Shown: positions 13,864-27,622 of the stretch, piece after piece
Layout: each line of letters begins with the position of its first letter
Position numbering within the stretch: position 1 is the stretch's first letter
DNA from: Nemertoderma westbladi
Lineage: Eukaryota; Animalia; Xenacoelomorpha
DNA: 64,000 nucleotides
Reading direction: 5' to 3'
Assembly: GCA_032718475.1 (NCBI GenBank)
Contig: JAUCBJ010008641.1
Span: 1 to 64,000 of the forward strand
Notes under the pieces: model-generated
Told to the model about the DNA's origin: nothing
What the model saw: only the letters and a program-made list of their open reading frames with translations
Databases searched by the model: none
Program-made: the position numbers and the translations under genes

Positions 13864-16800
13864 CGTCACCTTCAAGGCAGAACCCCCTAAGTCGATTTTT
13901 GTAGTTCTGAGATAATCGATAAAAACTGTTTATTTTTTAGAGAGATGCCTCAGTTTACTTGTTATTGTGTTTTTTGATAACTAAATATATATAGAATTCA
14001 TATAATTAAACTTTTAATTTGATTTAGAATTACCTTTGAAATATATTGCGGTTTTTTTGTAAAAATTCTGACTTATGGTGTTTTGCCATAACAAAGGGGA
14101 ACACCGTTTTCTGGTATTATCCCGTAACTATGCGATAGTTGCGGGGTATTGCCTAAAAAACAAGGTATCCTCAATTTGGCAAAACACCATAAGTACGAAT
14201 TTTTACAAAAAACACGCAAAATATATCAAATAATAGCCAAGGCGTATCGTACGTCCTTAATAATTTAGTGCGTAGTGCGCACGTAATTCATGTGCGCATT
14301 TGTTATTAGCTAATAAGTGCTATCTAACATGTTAACTAGCACATGATCAGGTGTTAGTATTAGCTGTAAACGCAATAATAACAAATAATCACATACAATA
14401 TAGCTTAACACACTTGCGCACATGTTGGAAATTTTTGAATTCAAAATTCTAAAGGGCTCCATAAGTTTTTGATATTTTGGTATAAATTGCTTCTAAAATA
14501 AGTACGGGACTGTAGTTAGAATCATGTATCAATACAAATTGAACAAAATGTAGCCAAAATGCAGAACTATAAGAACAAAATTTAGATTCATGAAAGCGGA
14601 ACTCTAAGTACAAAATATAGCCATGGGTGGTACTCTACAGTAAGAACAAAGTCTAGCTACAGGGTTACAGCTACGTTAAAGTTAAAGTAAAGTTCACTTA
14701 CAGTACGTCATGACGAATAATTAATGACCTGTTTTTTCTACAGTACGTGGCAACATTTTGAGCAACTCTATCAGCAACTTAGTAAGCATTTCAGGTTGCC
14801 GATCAAGTTGCTCTATGTAAACGCGAACTTTGTTGCTGTTAAAGATGCCTCATATTATAACGGAGACTAAAAGTTAATGTTGCTCAAATTAAGTTGCTAG
14901 TTGCTGACCAAATTGTCCAAAACGTCCGGCAACCTGGAGTAACTTATAGCAACTTGGATAAAAACATTAAATGAGGGATAGATATTTATCAGCGCCACAA
15001 ACATTAAATGAGGGATAGATATTTATCAGCGCCACAAACATTAATGTGTGACAAACATTAATCAGGGGGACAAACATTAATGTGGGACATAAACATTGAT
15101 GTAGGACACAAACAATAATGTGTTACATAAACATTGATATAGGACACAAACATTAATGAGGGACACAAACATTAATGAGGGACACAAATATTAATGAGGG
15201 ACACAAACATTAATGAGGGACACAACATTAATGAGGGATACAAACATTAATTGAAGGACACTAACATTAATGAGGGACACAAACATTAATGAGGGACACA
15301 AACATTAACGAGGGACACAAACATTAATTGAAGGACACTAACATTAATGAGGTACACAAACATTAATGTTGGACACAAACATTAATGAGGGACACAAACA
15401 TTAATGAGGGACACAAACATTAATGAGGGACACAAACATTAACGAGGGACACAAACATTAATTGAAGGACACTAACATTAATGAGGTACACAAATATTAA
15501 TGAGGGACACAAACATTAATGAGGGACACAAACATTAATGAGGGACTCAAACATTAACGAGGGACACAAACATTAATTGAAGGACACTAACATTAATGAG
15601 GTACACAAATATTAATGAGGGACACAAACATTAATGAGGGACACAAACATTAATGAGGGACACAAACATTAACGAGGGACACAAACATTAATTGAAGGAC
15701 ACCAACATTAATGAGGTACACAAACATTAATGTTGGACACAAACATTAATGAGGGACACAAACATTAATGAGGGACACAACATTAATGAGGGATACAAAC
15801 ATTAATTGAAGGACACTAACATTAATGAGGGACACAAACATTAATGAGGGACACAAACATTAACGAGGGACACAAACATTAATTGAAGGACACTAACATT
15901 AATGAGGTACACAAACATTAATGTTGGACACAAACATTAATGAGGGACACAAACATTAATGAGGGACACAAACATTAATGAGGGACACAAACATTAACGA
16001 GGGACACAAACATTAATTGAAGGACACTAACATTAATGAGGTACACAAATATTAATGAGGGACACAAACATTAATGAGGGACACAAACATTAATGAGGGA
16101 CTCAAACATTAACGAGGGACACAAACATTAATTGAAGGACACTAACATTAATGAGGTACACAAATATTAATGAGGGACACAAACATTAATGAGGGACACA
16201 AACATTAATGAGGGACACAAACATTAACGAGGGACACAAACATTAATTGAAGGACACCAACATTAATGAGGTACACAAACATTAATGTTGGACACAAACA
16301 TTAATGAGGGACACAAACATTAATGAGGGACACAAATATTAATGAGGGACACAAACATTAATGAGGGACACAACATTAATGAGGGATACAAACATTAATT
16401 GAAGGACACAAACATTAATGAGGGACACAAATATTAATGAGGGACACAAACATTAATGAGGGACACAACATTAATGAGGGATACAAACATTAATTGAAGG
16501 ACACTAACATTAATGAGGTACACAAACATTAATGTTGGACACAAACATTAATGAGGGACACAAATATTAATGAGGGACACAAACATTAATGAGGGACACA
16601 ACATTAATGAGGGACACAAACATTAATTGAGGGACATTAACATTAATGAGGTACACAAATATTAATGAGGGACACAAATATTAATGAGGGACACAAACAT
16701 TAATGAGGGACACAACATTAATGAGGGACACAAACATTAATTGAGGGACACTAACATTAATGAGGTACACAAATATTAATGAGGGACACAAACATTAATG

Positions 16801-18416
16801 AGCGACACAAACATTAATGAGCGACACAAACATTAATGAGGGACACAAACAATAAATGAGGGACAGATATCAATCACGGGCACAAACATTAATGAGGGAC
16901 ACAAACATTAATGAGGGACACAAACATTAATGAGGGACGCAAACATTAATGAGGTACACAAACATTAATGAGGGACACAAACATTAATGAGGGACACAAA
17001 CAATAAACGAGGGACAGATATCAATCAAGGGCACAAACATTAATGAGGGACACAAACATTAAGGAGGGACACAAACATTAATGAGGGACACAAACATTAA
17101 TTAGGGACACAAACATTAATGAGGTACACAAACATTAATGAGGGGCACAAACATTAATGAGGGACACAAACATTAATGAGGGGCACAAACATTAATGAGG
17201 TACACAAACATTAATGAGGGGCACAAACATTAATGAGGGACACAAATATTAATGAGATACACAAACATTAATGAGGGACACAAACATTAATGAGAGACAC
17301 AAACATTAATGAGATACACAAACATTAATGAGGGACACAAACAATAAACGAGGGAGAGATATCAATCAAGGGCACAAACATTAATCATGGGCACTATCGC
17401 CCTTCGCACTTAGTATGATTCATGTTACCACCCATACACATACAATATATTACAGTATTACAATTCTCATTACTGTCAAGCAATAAAATAACAACAATAA
17501 ATAATAACATATTAATCTGACCAAGCCAATAAACTATGTTATTGCCAATTGAAGGAAAGGATTAGGTTACAGAGATGGTTTTTCTAACCAAAACAATAAA
17601 CGATGTTGTTACTAAAAAGGGAAGGAGTAGGAGTAAAAAAATGATGAACATGAGGGGGAGTCAGGAATGGTAACATGGGGGGGGGGGGGGATGGTAACAT
17701 GAATGGTGGTGGTAGGAGGTAAATTGAAAATATGGGGGTATACCAGCCGGGGGGGAGGGGGTAGCAGAAAACAGGCAGCTGAACAACGTATCCGAACGTC
17801 GCTTTCAATTAATTTCCATCTAATTAGGAAGATGGAATGTATACAAAACGGCGGTTCTTTGATCGAAACTCACGTTCCCATGGTAGTATTTTTTTCCAGT
17901 TAATCACTTCATATCTAATCGTCTGATGGCAAGCATCACCATCGCTCATATTAATATCCATTGGCAACCATGGACCCCTGCCCTATTAATGTTTTGTGTC
18001 CCTCATTAATGTTTGCGTCCCTCAATAATGTTTGTGTCCCTAATTAATATTTGTGTCCTGGCCGCAATACAAACCAGTATATATAAATGGTAAATTACGG
18101 GGTTTTGCCAGGCTATTGTTTCGGATTTAAGGGGTTTTACAGGTTGTTATTTCTGATTTAAGGGGTTTTGCCAGGTGGACTGAATTTCATATACTTGAAT
18201 TTACGGTGTTTTGCAAGCCAATTATTGACTTGGGGGGTTCTGCCTCGAAGTGGGCATAAGTTACGGGGAACTGTCTTTGGCTTATAACTCAAAAATGGCG
18301 GGTAGAAAAGCTTCGGTGTTCTGCCAGACGAAAAAGCCGATATCGAATTACCCAAAAAGTCAAAAACATGAAAATCGAAAAAAATCGACTTAGGGGGTTC
18401 TGCCTTGAAGGTGACG
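13864..18416. mobile_element. Non-autonomous DNA transposon with 37-bp perfect TIRs and 4-bp TSD (Sola-like), carrying a minisatellite
   Basis: TIR cgtcaccttcaaggcagaaccccctaagtcgattttt at 13864-13900 and inverted at 18380-18416. AGTA duplicated at 13860-13863 and 18417-18420. Subterminal ggggttttgcc motifs at 18095-18330 and an internal palindrome at 14041-14225. No transposase ORF. The superfamily is inferred only from the 4-bp TSD. Confidence 0.88.
14962..17392. repeat. Minisatellite, 19-bp unit gagggacacaaacattaat, with higher-order structure
   Basis: More than 120 tandem units with 18- and 20-bp variants. The variant pattern starting at 15221 recurs at 15776 (555-bp block). About four inverted units occur at 17986-18058. 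Confidence 0.97.
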
Positions 18417-19404
18417 AGTAGTTGGTGTTTGTGTTCTTGTTGTGTCGCCACTTCGCATGTTGTATCTTACAGATGAGTGTTGGTTTGAAATCAGAATTAA
18501 TTATATTCCACTGTACTGTAGCTGCTGCTCTGTACCCTACCCTGATTCACTTTCTTGCTGCTCTTGTTACTTAACTGCTGTTTTGCAACTGAACAATTAA
18601 TTATCAAAATTCATAAGATGAAAAAAACAAGGGCGTGACCAAATTACAGTTTGAATTGCAATTACAAAACCAAATTACAGTTAGTTTAGTATCACAATAT
18701 CTCATCAATATATAATTATCATTTCAATGTGAGCCTATTTGATTGCATCCTGGCCTAATACTTTAAAACTCAAATGTCACATCACGGCTGTTTGGGCTAA
18801 ATGTTCCACTAAGAACATGGTTGCTATTGTCGTTATTGCGAACACATCACGGCTGTTTGGGCTAAATGTTCCACTAAGAACATGGTTGCTATTGTCGTTA
18901 TTGCGAAGTCACTGCGGTTATATCATTCTAATTCTCAGCTGATTCCTTTTAGTTATTATTCGTATTTTGGGAGAATATATATAATATTATCAGGGCCGTA
19001 TTTAGGGAGGGGTAGGGGGGGGGGGGGGGTCGAAGGGGCTGAGGCCCCAGGCCCCCACCACGATCCCACAACTATAGGGATCAACCGAACTATAGAGGAG
19101 CCGAATCGGAACCAAAATGAAACGAACATGGCAATTTTGAATTTTGCCACTTATTTTTCCCAAAATATATGAAAAACAAAAACAAAAAGTTAGTGTAAAA
19201 AGCAGTAAATATTTTTGTAGCTTATGAAATTTGTATTTTTTTCACTTTCGATTCTTGCATATTTTAATCGGATGTTTTTATATTGAAGTAAAGTAAAAAG
19301 TAAAAAAAAAAAACGGGAACAAATCAGGACTGAAACAGGAACATGTTTCAAATTTCTAATTTCCACGTCAAATATACAGTAGATATATAAATATAAATAT
19401 ATAG

Positions 19405-19810
19405 GGATGTGAGTTTTCCTGAATCGCAACCTGACGACCTATTGCTAAACCCGACCGACGAAGAGGATAGAACCTTTATGGTATCTGCTGCTATTGTCAT
19501 GGAAACCACCCCATCGGACCTAGCTAAGCGTGATGCCATGGCCTACTATGGTGATGCTCGACTACTGTACAAAAACTCGGGAGGTAGCCCAATCTCACCC
19601 AACATACACGGCACTACTACGAGCTATACAGGAAGGATGGCCCACTGCCAAACACAACGTTAGGGACGAGCTACTTCAAGGAGTGCTCCTTCGCACCCGC
19701 CACTTTACTGTGAGTCCAGGTCCACTCACACAACCAAAGTTGTCCATCGCGATCGTTTCATTGTCTGATTGTTTACGTTTAATAGACTCCATCGCCTTCT
19801 CGGATTAGGA
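19405..19810 (+). mobile_element. Ty3/Gypsy LTR-retrotransposon pol remnant
   Basis: Frameshifted pieces include TALLRAIQEGWPTAKHNVRDEL (the L..I..GWP motif between RNase H and integrase) and RTRHF (resembles the post-integrase RNRR motif). Locally higher GC. Confidence 0.6.
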
Positions 19811-20312
19811 ATCCGGGTTTCGCAGAATCCGCCATCGTCCAGCAGTTCAGTGTTGAAGCCAGAATTCAAAGCCAGAATTCCGGTACCGGCACCACGATCA
19901 ACGATTTCGGAAATAACAGACTCCGTCAACAACACTCGGGGTTTAAAAACTACAACTGAGGGCAACTTGTAACTGGGCGATCCGATCAACTATCTGATAG
20001 TTGAAAAAGACTGTCTGATATACAATCTGACAGTTAGCGCCCCATGGGTAAATCCTTACCCCATGGGCTGTTTGTTACCTTTCTGACTGAAAGCGCAACA
20101 GCCCCTATAGAACAGTTGAGCCAAAAGATCAGCTCCCTGTACTTTAATTAGTGTTTCAAATTGATGATGAGGATTAGTTTGACGTTTCCTTTCCCTTATA
20201 AGCGACAGCGACAGGGATGAGATTGGAGCTCCGATTCTAGGTTAATTAGGCACTACTCTACTGTACATATACTGTAAAGATTAATAGTAGTACCATCTTC
20301 TCTATTAAACTA

Positions 20313-21423
20313 TGCACCGTAATATAATATCATTTTCTAATGACACAGACAAGGAACATTGCTTGAAATTTGAAACACAACGGGAGAAAGCCGCCCCAAT
20401 ATTAGATTAGAACAACAACAATTCCATAGGGTAAGGAAGTGGAGGAAAGCCTGACTTAAAATATAATTCAATTTATTTTGTGACTGGATCAATTTCACCT
20501 GTCATGAATCCTACTTGTATGTAACCTGAGACACCAAGAAATTTTTACTGTGAAATGTTTTGCTTACAAATAAATATTTCTCTACATTATTTTTTTCAAT
20601 AGATAAATATACACCACTCAGTCACTTAAAAAATATAGCTACTATTTTCAAATTTTCGGGTGAAAACACCCCTTATTCATGCATTTTGTAATTCAATCAA
20701 TTACATATTATATTTTTGGTCTAATATTCTATTTAAATTATCTAAAAAAAATTAAACTAGAATATAAATAGAAAATAAAAAGAAACAAACATTTTTTTTT
20801 TGGTAATTTAATTAAATAGAATATTAGTGCAAAAAATATAAACTATCATTGATTAATTACAAAATGCATGAATAAGGGTTTCTTTACCACCCCGCGAAAA
20901 TTTGCAAAATATTAGCTATATTTTTAAGTGACTGAGTGGTGTATATTTATTTATTGAAAAATATAATATAGATAAATTTCTATTATATAGGTATATATAT
21001 AATAATCATATAATAAGAATTAGATGCACTATCGCTCCCAAATCTATCCAAATCTCCGACTTCTCTTGGAGACTCAGAAGCTTGTGTTAGCTAGGTCTGA
21101 TGGAGTACAAGTCCATTCGCGCAATGACCGACGAATTCGTTAAACGATTTATTTCCCTCGAAACTACTGTACAGTTCAAAGTTTGATGCTTCCGGAAAAA
21201 ACCGAGAATAATCTCGCTGCTAATTTGAATAAATTTAATTAAAACGAAAACAAAATTAAAACGACTAATTTGAAGAAGACCGCAATATGAAGAGTGCAAT
21301 ATTTGAACTACAGTAGTTATGTTTCAAATTTCAAGCAATCATTTACACTAAAAAAAATTTGTGGGGGGGGGGGGGGGGGGTGGGGGTCCGTGTCATCAGA
21401 AAATGACCCTATATTACGGGTCA
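20313..21423. mobile_element. Diverged MITE with an internal second palindromic element
   Basis: Outer inverted arms at 20313-20380 and 21316-21423 (ccgtaatata...cattttctaatgacac; ttgcttgaaatttgaaaca). Inner inverted arms at about 20590-20700 and 20848-20960 (aaatatacaccactcagtcacttaaaaa; ttattcatgcattttgtaatt). Confidence 0.7.
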
Positions 21424-21810
21424 TGGTGTCGTAACCAGTTTTATATTAAATTATACAAAAATTAAATGACTGGGATTAAAAACGAAAAACTATAGTAATT
21501 CGAATGCCTCGTTATAGCAGCATATAACCGTTGAGCAGTATTATATTCTATATGACACGTATTTCTTAATTAATGTTGATATGCGTGATAACACAACGGT
21601 TCCACAAACTTCACAACAATGATTCGAACATGCAAACGTGAATTTATAAGCTTTCCTGCCCCAATTTATACAAAAAGGATCTGCCACGCGGACAGTAGAG
21701 AAGGTTGTTGGCTGAGACAAATCATTGCGCTCAGAGCGGAGTGTCAAAGGGATTGAGTTACCCAACTCTATGAAGCGAGCACAATTAATTATCTAATGTC
21801 ATTATGTTCC

Positions 21811-22685
21811 GTGTCAGTGCCCATATAGAAACCAGACAATTCCGAGAAAAAAATAATTTTTTAATTGCATAATAATGTATTGCATAAAAGCGCATAATTA
21901 GCTTTCAACCCTAATAATTAGCACCCACCCTCGTGTCATTGCGACCCACAATTCAAAAGTTACGAAAGAAATAGCGAAAGTTAATTAAAGGAACATTTTA
22001 TATAGTAATTTTGAAATATTTATTTCTTTAAATGCTGAAAAACTCTGTTTTTAAATAGAAGTAAATCTAACTCTCTCTGTTCATCTATCTGTCTGTCTGT
22101 CAAAAATATAAAAGCATTTTGGCTAACTAAAATTTTGTTGTGTGAGTATTTCTGGTCGGAGATTTTATTTCCGATGTCAGTTATCATGCTTGAAGAAATC
22201 TAGACTGTATCTGTGTCTGTCTGTCTGTCGGTCTGTATGTCTTTCTGTCAAAAGTAAAGAAGCATATTAGCCGACAAAACTGTCATTATGAGGTTTTTCT
22301 GATCGGAAAATCCATTTCCGATTTCAGTTTCATACTTGAAGTGATCTAGACTGAATGTGTATCTGTCTGTATGTCGGTCTGTCTGTCTGTCCGACAGTCC
22401 AACAGACATACAAACCATCTTGAATACCAAATAACGAAAATTTTAGTCAGTTAGTAAACTTCCTTATATTTTTGACAGACAGACAAACAGAGAGACCGAC
22501 AGTCCGACAGACCGACAAAACATGACATTTATCAAAACTTTTATATTCAATGAAAATAAACATACCTAATGAACATACAGTGTATCTTGAAAAAAAACAT
22601 TTTTGAAAACATTTTTATTTACTTAATTCTCCATTTTCACAAAAGGAATTCTGCCCGGAATTGTGTGTTTTATATGCACTGACAC
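21811..22685. mobile_element. MITE with imperfect ~33-bp TIRs and internal (ctgt)n/(gaca)n tracts
   Basis: gtgtcagtgcccatatagaaaccagacaattccg matches the reverse complement of cggaattgtgtgttttatatgcactgacac. The internal atttccgat..cagtt motif is also seen at 46180-46400. Confidence 0.65.
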
Positions 22686-23160
22686 CATACCGTGGGTAAT
22701 CTGGTAAAACCCCTGAATGATATCCACCTTCTGACAAAAGCCCAGAAGTTAAAACAGCGTTAATAACGGAGAAAAACGCAAAATAAGATCCCGTTTAAAT
22801 ATCGCTTGATCTGATAAAACCCCCTAAGTAGGAAAAAACTCCGTTTAAGCACCTTCAATATGGGATATAATTTCTGATAAAACCCCTTAAATTAGATATT
22901 AGGGGGTTTCTTATTAGTTAAATGTCAGAGGGACTTTTAATTATTCGTTCTGATAAAACCCCCAAAATGCCCGTTTGCCACAATATGATAGGATAATTGG
23001 CCTTGAATTAATTAATGGAGTGAGTTGTGAAGTAGGTCTACGGTATTAGTATTAAATGAATAGGTTGCCTACTCAACACCTAACAGTATTTTTAAATAGC
23101 TGAAAATTTGTAATGCTTATTTTAACCTTTGGCGAAAATCTGGGGAGGGGGGTCAATTTA

Positions 23161-23365
23161 CACTATTACTACTAGGATCGGCACGCTTCATTGCAGGTGC
23201 ATTTTAAGAATGCTGTGCCGGCATGTCCACAAAATTGCAACGCCACAAATCCCTATTACCCATGACATTTGCTAGATCATCCGCATCTTCAAGGCCAGTG
23301 TCCTATGAGATGCGCCTCAAGAAAGTCATGGGCTGTCCACTATGCGTATTCACTCCATGAGACTG
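23161..23365 (-). mobile_element. RTE family A 3' fragment with (TAG)n tail
   Basis: Colinear with 29790-29995, including the tactactaggatcggca tail junction. Confidence 0.85.
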
Positions 23366-23442
23366 CGTACTTGAGTACAAGATTATTTACAAGTCTACTG
23401 GTCCATTTACAAGTTACTTTATAGAACTGTAGATATACTCTA

Positions 23443-23935
23443 GGTGAGTGTAGCTGAAGATGTTCAACCAGTAGTGAGTGTAGCTGAAGATGTTCAACCA
23501 GTAGTGAGAGCAGCTGAAGATGTTTAACCAGTGTAACTGGAGATTTTTAACTGGTAGTGAGTGTAACTGAAGATGTTCAACCGGTAGTGAGAGTAGCTGG
23601 AGATGTTCAACCGGTAGTGAGTGTAGCAGAAGATGTTCAACCAGTACTGAGTGTAACTGAAGATGTTCAACTGGTAGTGAGAGGAACTGGAGATGTTCAA
23701 CCGGTAGTGAGTGTAGCTGGAGATGTTCAACCGGTAGTGAGTGTAACTAAAGATGTTCAACCTGTACTGAGTGTAACTGAAGATGTTCAACTGGTAGTGA
23801 GTGTAACTGGATTTGTTCAACCGGTAGTGTGTGTAGCGGGAGATGTTCAACCGGTAGTGAGTATAGCTGGAGATGTTCAACCGGTAGTGAATGTAACTGA
23901 CAATGTTCAATCAGTTGTGAGTGTAGCTGGAGATG
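23443..23935. repeat. Minisatellite, 30-bp unit gtagtgagtgtagctggagatgttcaaccg, about 16 copies
   Basis: Direct tandem units. About 1.5 further units reappear at 25234-25281. Confidence 0.93.
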
Positions 23936-23964
23936 ATGTGGGTTCCGTACGTATAAATGTCGTG

Positions 23965-25225
23965 GGACCATGTGAGCCCATTTTTTCACTTAGAAGAATA
24001 ATTGAAGAGTTGTCAAAAAAGAAAGACAGACATCTGGCTGTTAGCTTTGTTGACTTCGTCAAGCCCTTTGATTCAGACTCTCGCTCACGTATGTTCAGCT
24101 TACTTTCATTATATGGGATTCCTGATGGAATTATTGCAGCAATCAGATTAGTAAGATGGTTCGAAGACATTTGCACTATTTTTGATATTGCTGCTACTGT
24201 TGACGGTGACACAGAACCATTCGAAATGTTATGGGGAGTCCTCCAAGGAGACACACTTGCGCCATTCTTGTTCATAATTGTGGTTGACTATGTTCTATGG
24301 GGTGATGGTAACTCCACCTACTGGCTCCAGAATTCGAGGAAATCCTGCCCAGTATCTAACTGATCTAGACTTTGCTGATGACTTAGGAGTACTCTCATAA
24401 TCACTAGAAGGAGCCGAACAGCTCCTCAGCTCATTAGAAAATTTTGCCAGTTAACTTTGAAAGCCCTCAGCAAGTCTCTGACCGGATGAGCATAAGCTCA
24501 AAGGATGGTATGCTTGAGCAAGTGGAAGACTTCTGTTACCTGGGATCATGGATCCGGAAGTCAGGTGAGGACCTTCGAATACGTAAGGGAAAGGCATGGG
24601 CAGCCTTGAATAGGCTTTCCAGGATTTGAAAGTCACCAAGAATTAATCGGAAACTTAAGGTCCGATTATTTAGAGCAGCAGTAGTTCCAGTACTCCTCTA
24701 TGGGAGTCCATGCTGAGCTCTAACTACCGAGGACACCAAATCTCTGGATGGCACATTCACAAGAATGCTACGCCGGGTTCATTGTGTCAAGTACAATGCA
24801 CACATCTCCAACCAGACACTATATAACATTGGAGGTGTCTCATTGGTTCCCCCAAGCTTGACACTTGAACACTCCGCTTTGCAGGAGTTTGTTTTCGCAG
24901 TGAGGACCAGCCTGTGCATAATCTTGTGCTTTGGGAGCCCCATGGAGAAAATAAGCATGGTGGACAGCACATGACTTTTGTGAGACGCCTCTTAAAGGAC
25001 ACTGGTTTGGTAGATGCGAATAGTCTCGCGAAAGTCATGGGGGATAGGGAGTTGTGGCGGTGAATCTTCGTAGATAAGCCGGCATAGCATTCTTAATTCT
25101 CAAATTAATTATGCTAATGCTTAATCTCCTGCATTGGGCTTGTCAATTGTGGATTGCATGGTGGTAGCAAAATATTTTTCTTAGGCCAGTATCTCAATGA
25201 CCAGTTTACATGCAGCAGGCCGATT
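23965..25225 (+). mobile_element. RTE family A, 5'-truncated, degenerate RT
   Basis: FVDFVKPFDS, GVLQGDTLAPFLFIIVVDYVL, DLDFADDL (24362-24385) and FCYLGSWI motifs, with stops and frameshifts. Confidence 0.92.
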
Positions 25226-25574
25226 ATGGAGTTTAGCTGGAGATGTTCAATCAGTTAGTGAGTGTAGCTGAAGATGTTCACGGTGAAGCAATGACGAATC
25301 GAGATTTATCTGTTTTATAAGCCTACAACAACAATATCAGAGATGATGATGGCACAGGACTTCAGCCCCTAATTGTAGAAAGTGTTGAGACAATAATAAT
25401 TGAGAATAAGGGATTGTTTTATCTCTTAGGCCTACGGATTCACATAGCAACAATCTTGAGTATGACACTCTACCGGATTCTGTGGCAATCAATAGCGGGG
25501 TAAATGACGAGCAATCAATGCTAACGGTAGATGGTGAACATGAATTAGATTCCAACAGCAGGTGAGGCAAGATG

Positions 25575-26158
25575 ACCCCAATCCAGACAGCGCAAACAGT
25601 TAGAATTATAGGGAGTCTGGGCTGTCCCGTGGAATAAAACGGAATCTAAAGGTTCGATTGTCTTTAGAGCAGCAGCAGAACCAGTACTCGTATATGGGAG
25701 TCTGTGCTGGCTTCTGACTGCAGAGGATTCCAAATCTCTGGATGGCACTTTCACAAGAATGATGTGCCGGGTTTATTGTGTCAAGTACAATGCACACATC
25801 TCCAATCAGACTCTATAAAACATTGGAGGAAACATCCATTAGTCTTCCTTAGCTTGACACTTGAGCTGAACCGCCTCCGCTTTGCAGGACATTGCTTTCG
25901 CCGTGAGTACCAGCCAGTGCATAATATTGTGCTTTGGCGAATAAATAAACATGGTGAACAGCCCATGCCTTTCTTGGGACGCCTGTTAGAGGCGTATCTA
26001 AACACTGGCCTTGAAGATGCGGATGATCTAGCAAATGTCATGGGTGGTAGGGAGATGTGACAGCGCAATTTTGTTGACAAGCCGGCACAGCATTATTAAT
26101 ATATATGTAATACATAATAATGCAGTTGCAATGCAGCATGCTGATAGTAGAAGTAGTA
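25575..26158 (+). mobile_element. RTE family A 3' fragment
   Basis: RLRFAGHCFR motif and the same 3' UTR ending gatagtagaagtagta. Confidence 0.88.
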
Positions 26159-26732
26159 TTTATAAAAATAATTGTAATATTACAGTGTTTCTAATATAAG
26201 AGCTTTGCTTTATTGGACCCTTAGACCCACTAATAAGTCATTTAATGGGCCAGACTGTATCTGATAAAACCCCACATGCTAAAGATAACCCCCCTTAATT
26301 GTATGTTCAATACTAACTATTTTGTTTCACAATCTGGCATAACAACAGATATCAAATTAAATGGTCTAAAATGCGATCTACCTCTAAAAATATGTGCCCA
26401 AACAAATTATACGCTATTTTAGATTATATTTAGTCAAAAATTAGATCGCATTACTCAAGATTTCTTAAAATATTCAGTTTTTTTCGTTTTTCTCAAAACT
26501 ACAAAAATCGACTTAGGGGGTTTTGTCGAATTACCGACGATACTGTATAAAGGTTAATTTCAATCTGCGTAGTACTCTATTTTTACAATTGGAATATATC
26601 AGGGCCGCTATCAATTAACGTTAAGGTATATTACTGAATTTTACTTTTTGCAAAACACAATAAAATTACTATTTTATCAGTCATGCGCCACTTTCTCCGG
26701 TGCCACTCAACCCCGCCTCCACGCTCCACCAC

Positions 26733-27622
26733 CAGAGGAAATCCAGCAAAGTAGTAGGACTACCTTACTGATCTAGACTTTGCTGATGACTTAGGGGTAC
26801 TGTCAGAAATTTAATTTAATTTAATTAATTTAATCGTACACCCACCGAGGTGGGGATGTTGGTCATTTTATAAACTCCAAGAAGACAAAATCATGTCAGT
26901 CAACCTAGAGAGCCCTCTGGATATGTTTGATCGTAAGGGCATAAGCTCGAGGGGCGGCTTGCTTGAGCACGTGGATGACTTCTGCTACTTGGGAAGCGGA
27001 TCCGAAAGTCAGGTGAAGACCTTCGGATACGTAAGGGGAAGGCCTGGGCAACGTTAAATGGTCTGTCCAGGATTTGGAAGTCCCATAGAATAAAACGGAA
27101 TCTCAAGATTCGATTATTTAGGGAAGTAGTAGAACCAGTACTCTTATATATATATGAGGCTATGCTGGGCTCTAACTGCAGAGGATACCAAATCTCTGGA
27201 TGGCACTTTCACAAGAATACTGCGCCGGGTTCTTTGTGTCAAGTTCAATGAACACATCTCCAATCATACTCTATACAATATTGGAGGTGTTCCATTAATC
27301 TCCCCTAGCTTGACACTTGAACGGAACCGACCTCGCTTTGCAGGGCATTGCTTTCGCCGTGAGGACCAGCCAGTGCATAATCTTGTGCTTTGGCGGCCTC
27401 ATGGAGTGAATAAGTATGGTGGACAGCCCATGACTTTCTTGAGACGCATCTTAAATGACACTGGCCTTAAAGATGCGGATGATCTTGCAAATGTCATGGG
27501 TGATAGGGAATTGCGGCGGCGCAATATTGTTGACAAGCCGACGCAGCATTCATAATTTATATGTAATATACTGTATGTAATGCAGCTGCAATACAGCATG
27601 CCGATAGTAGTAGTACAGTAGT
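26733..27622 (+). mobile_element. RTE family A 3' fragment
   Basis: DLDFADDLG at about 26770, then SLDGTFTRILRRV...RFAGHCFRRED. Tail gatagtagtagta at about 27603. Confidence 0.9.

Larger units (their letters stand above)
22691..26539. mobile_element. Second Sola-like non-autonomous TIR element (4-bp TSD) with nested RTE fragments
   Basis: Left end cgtgggtaatctggtaaaacccc; right end (reverse complement) cgtcggtaattcgacaaaacccc. ATAC duplicated at 22687-22690 and 26540-26543. Repeated ctgataaaaccc subterminal motifs. The right end shares aaccccctaagtcgatttttgtagt with the left end of 13864-18416. Confidence 0.8.

Noticed and set aside
23557-24363. 268-aa ORF as a genuine repeat-RT fusion protein
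   Set aside because: It has a non-ATG start, the RT part is degenerate, and it shifts frame before the FADD motif.
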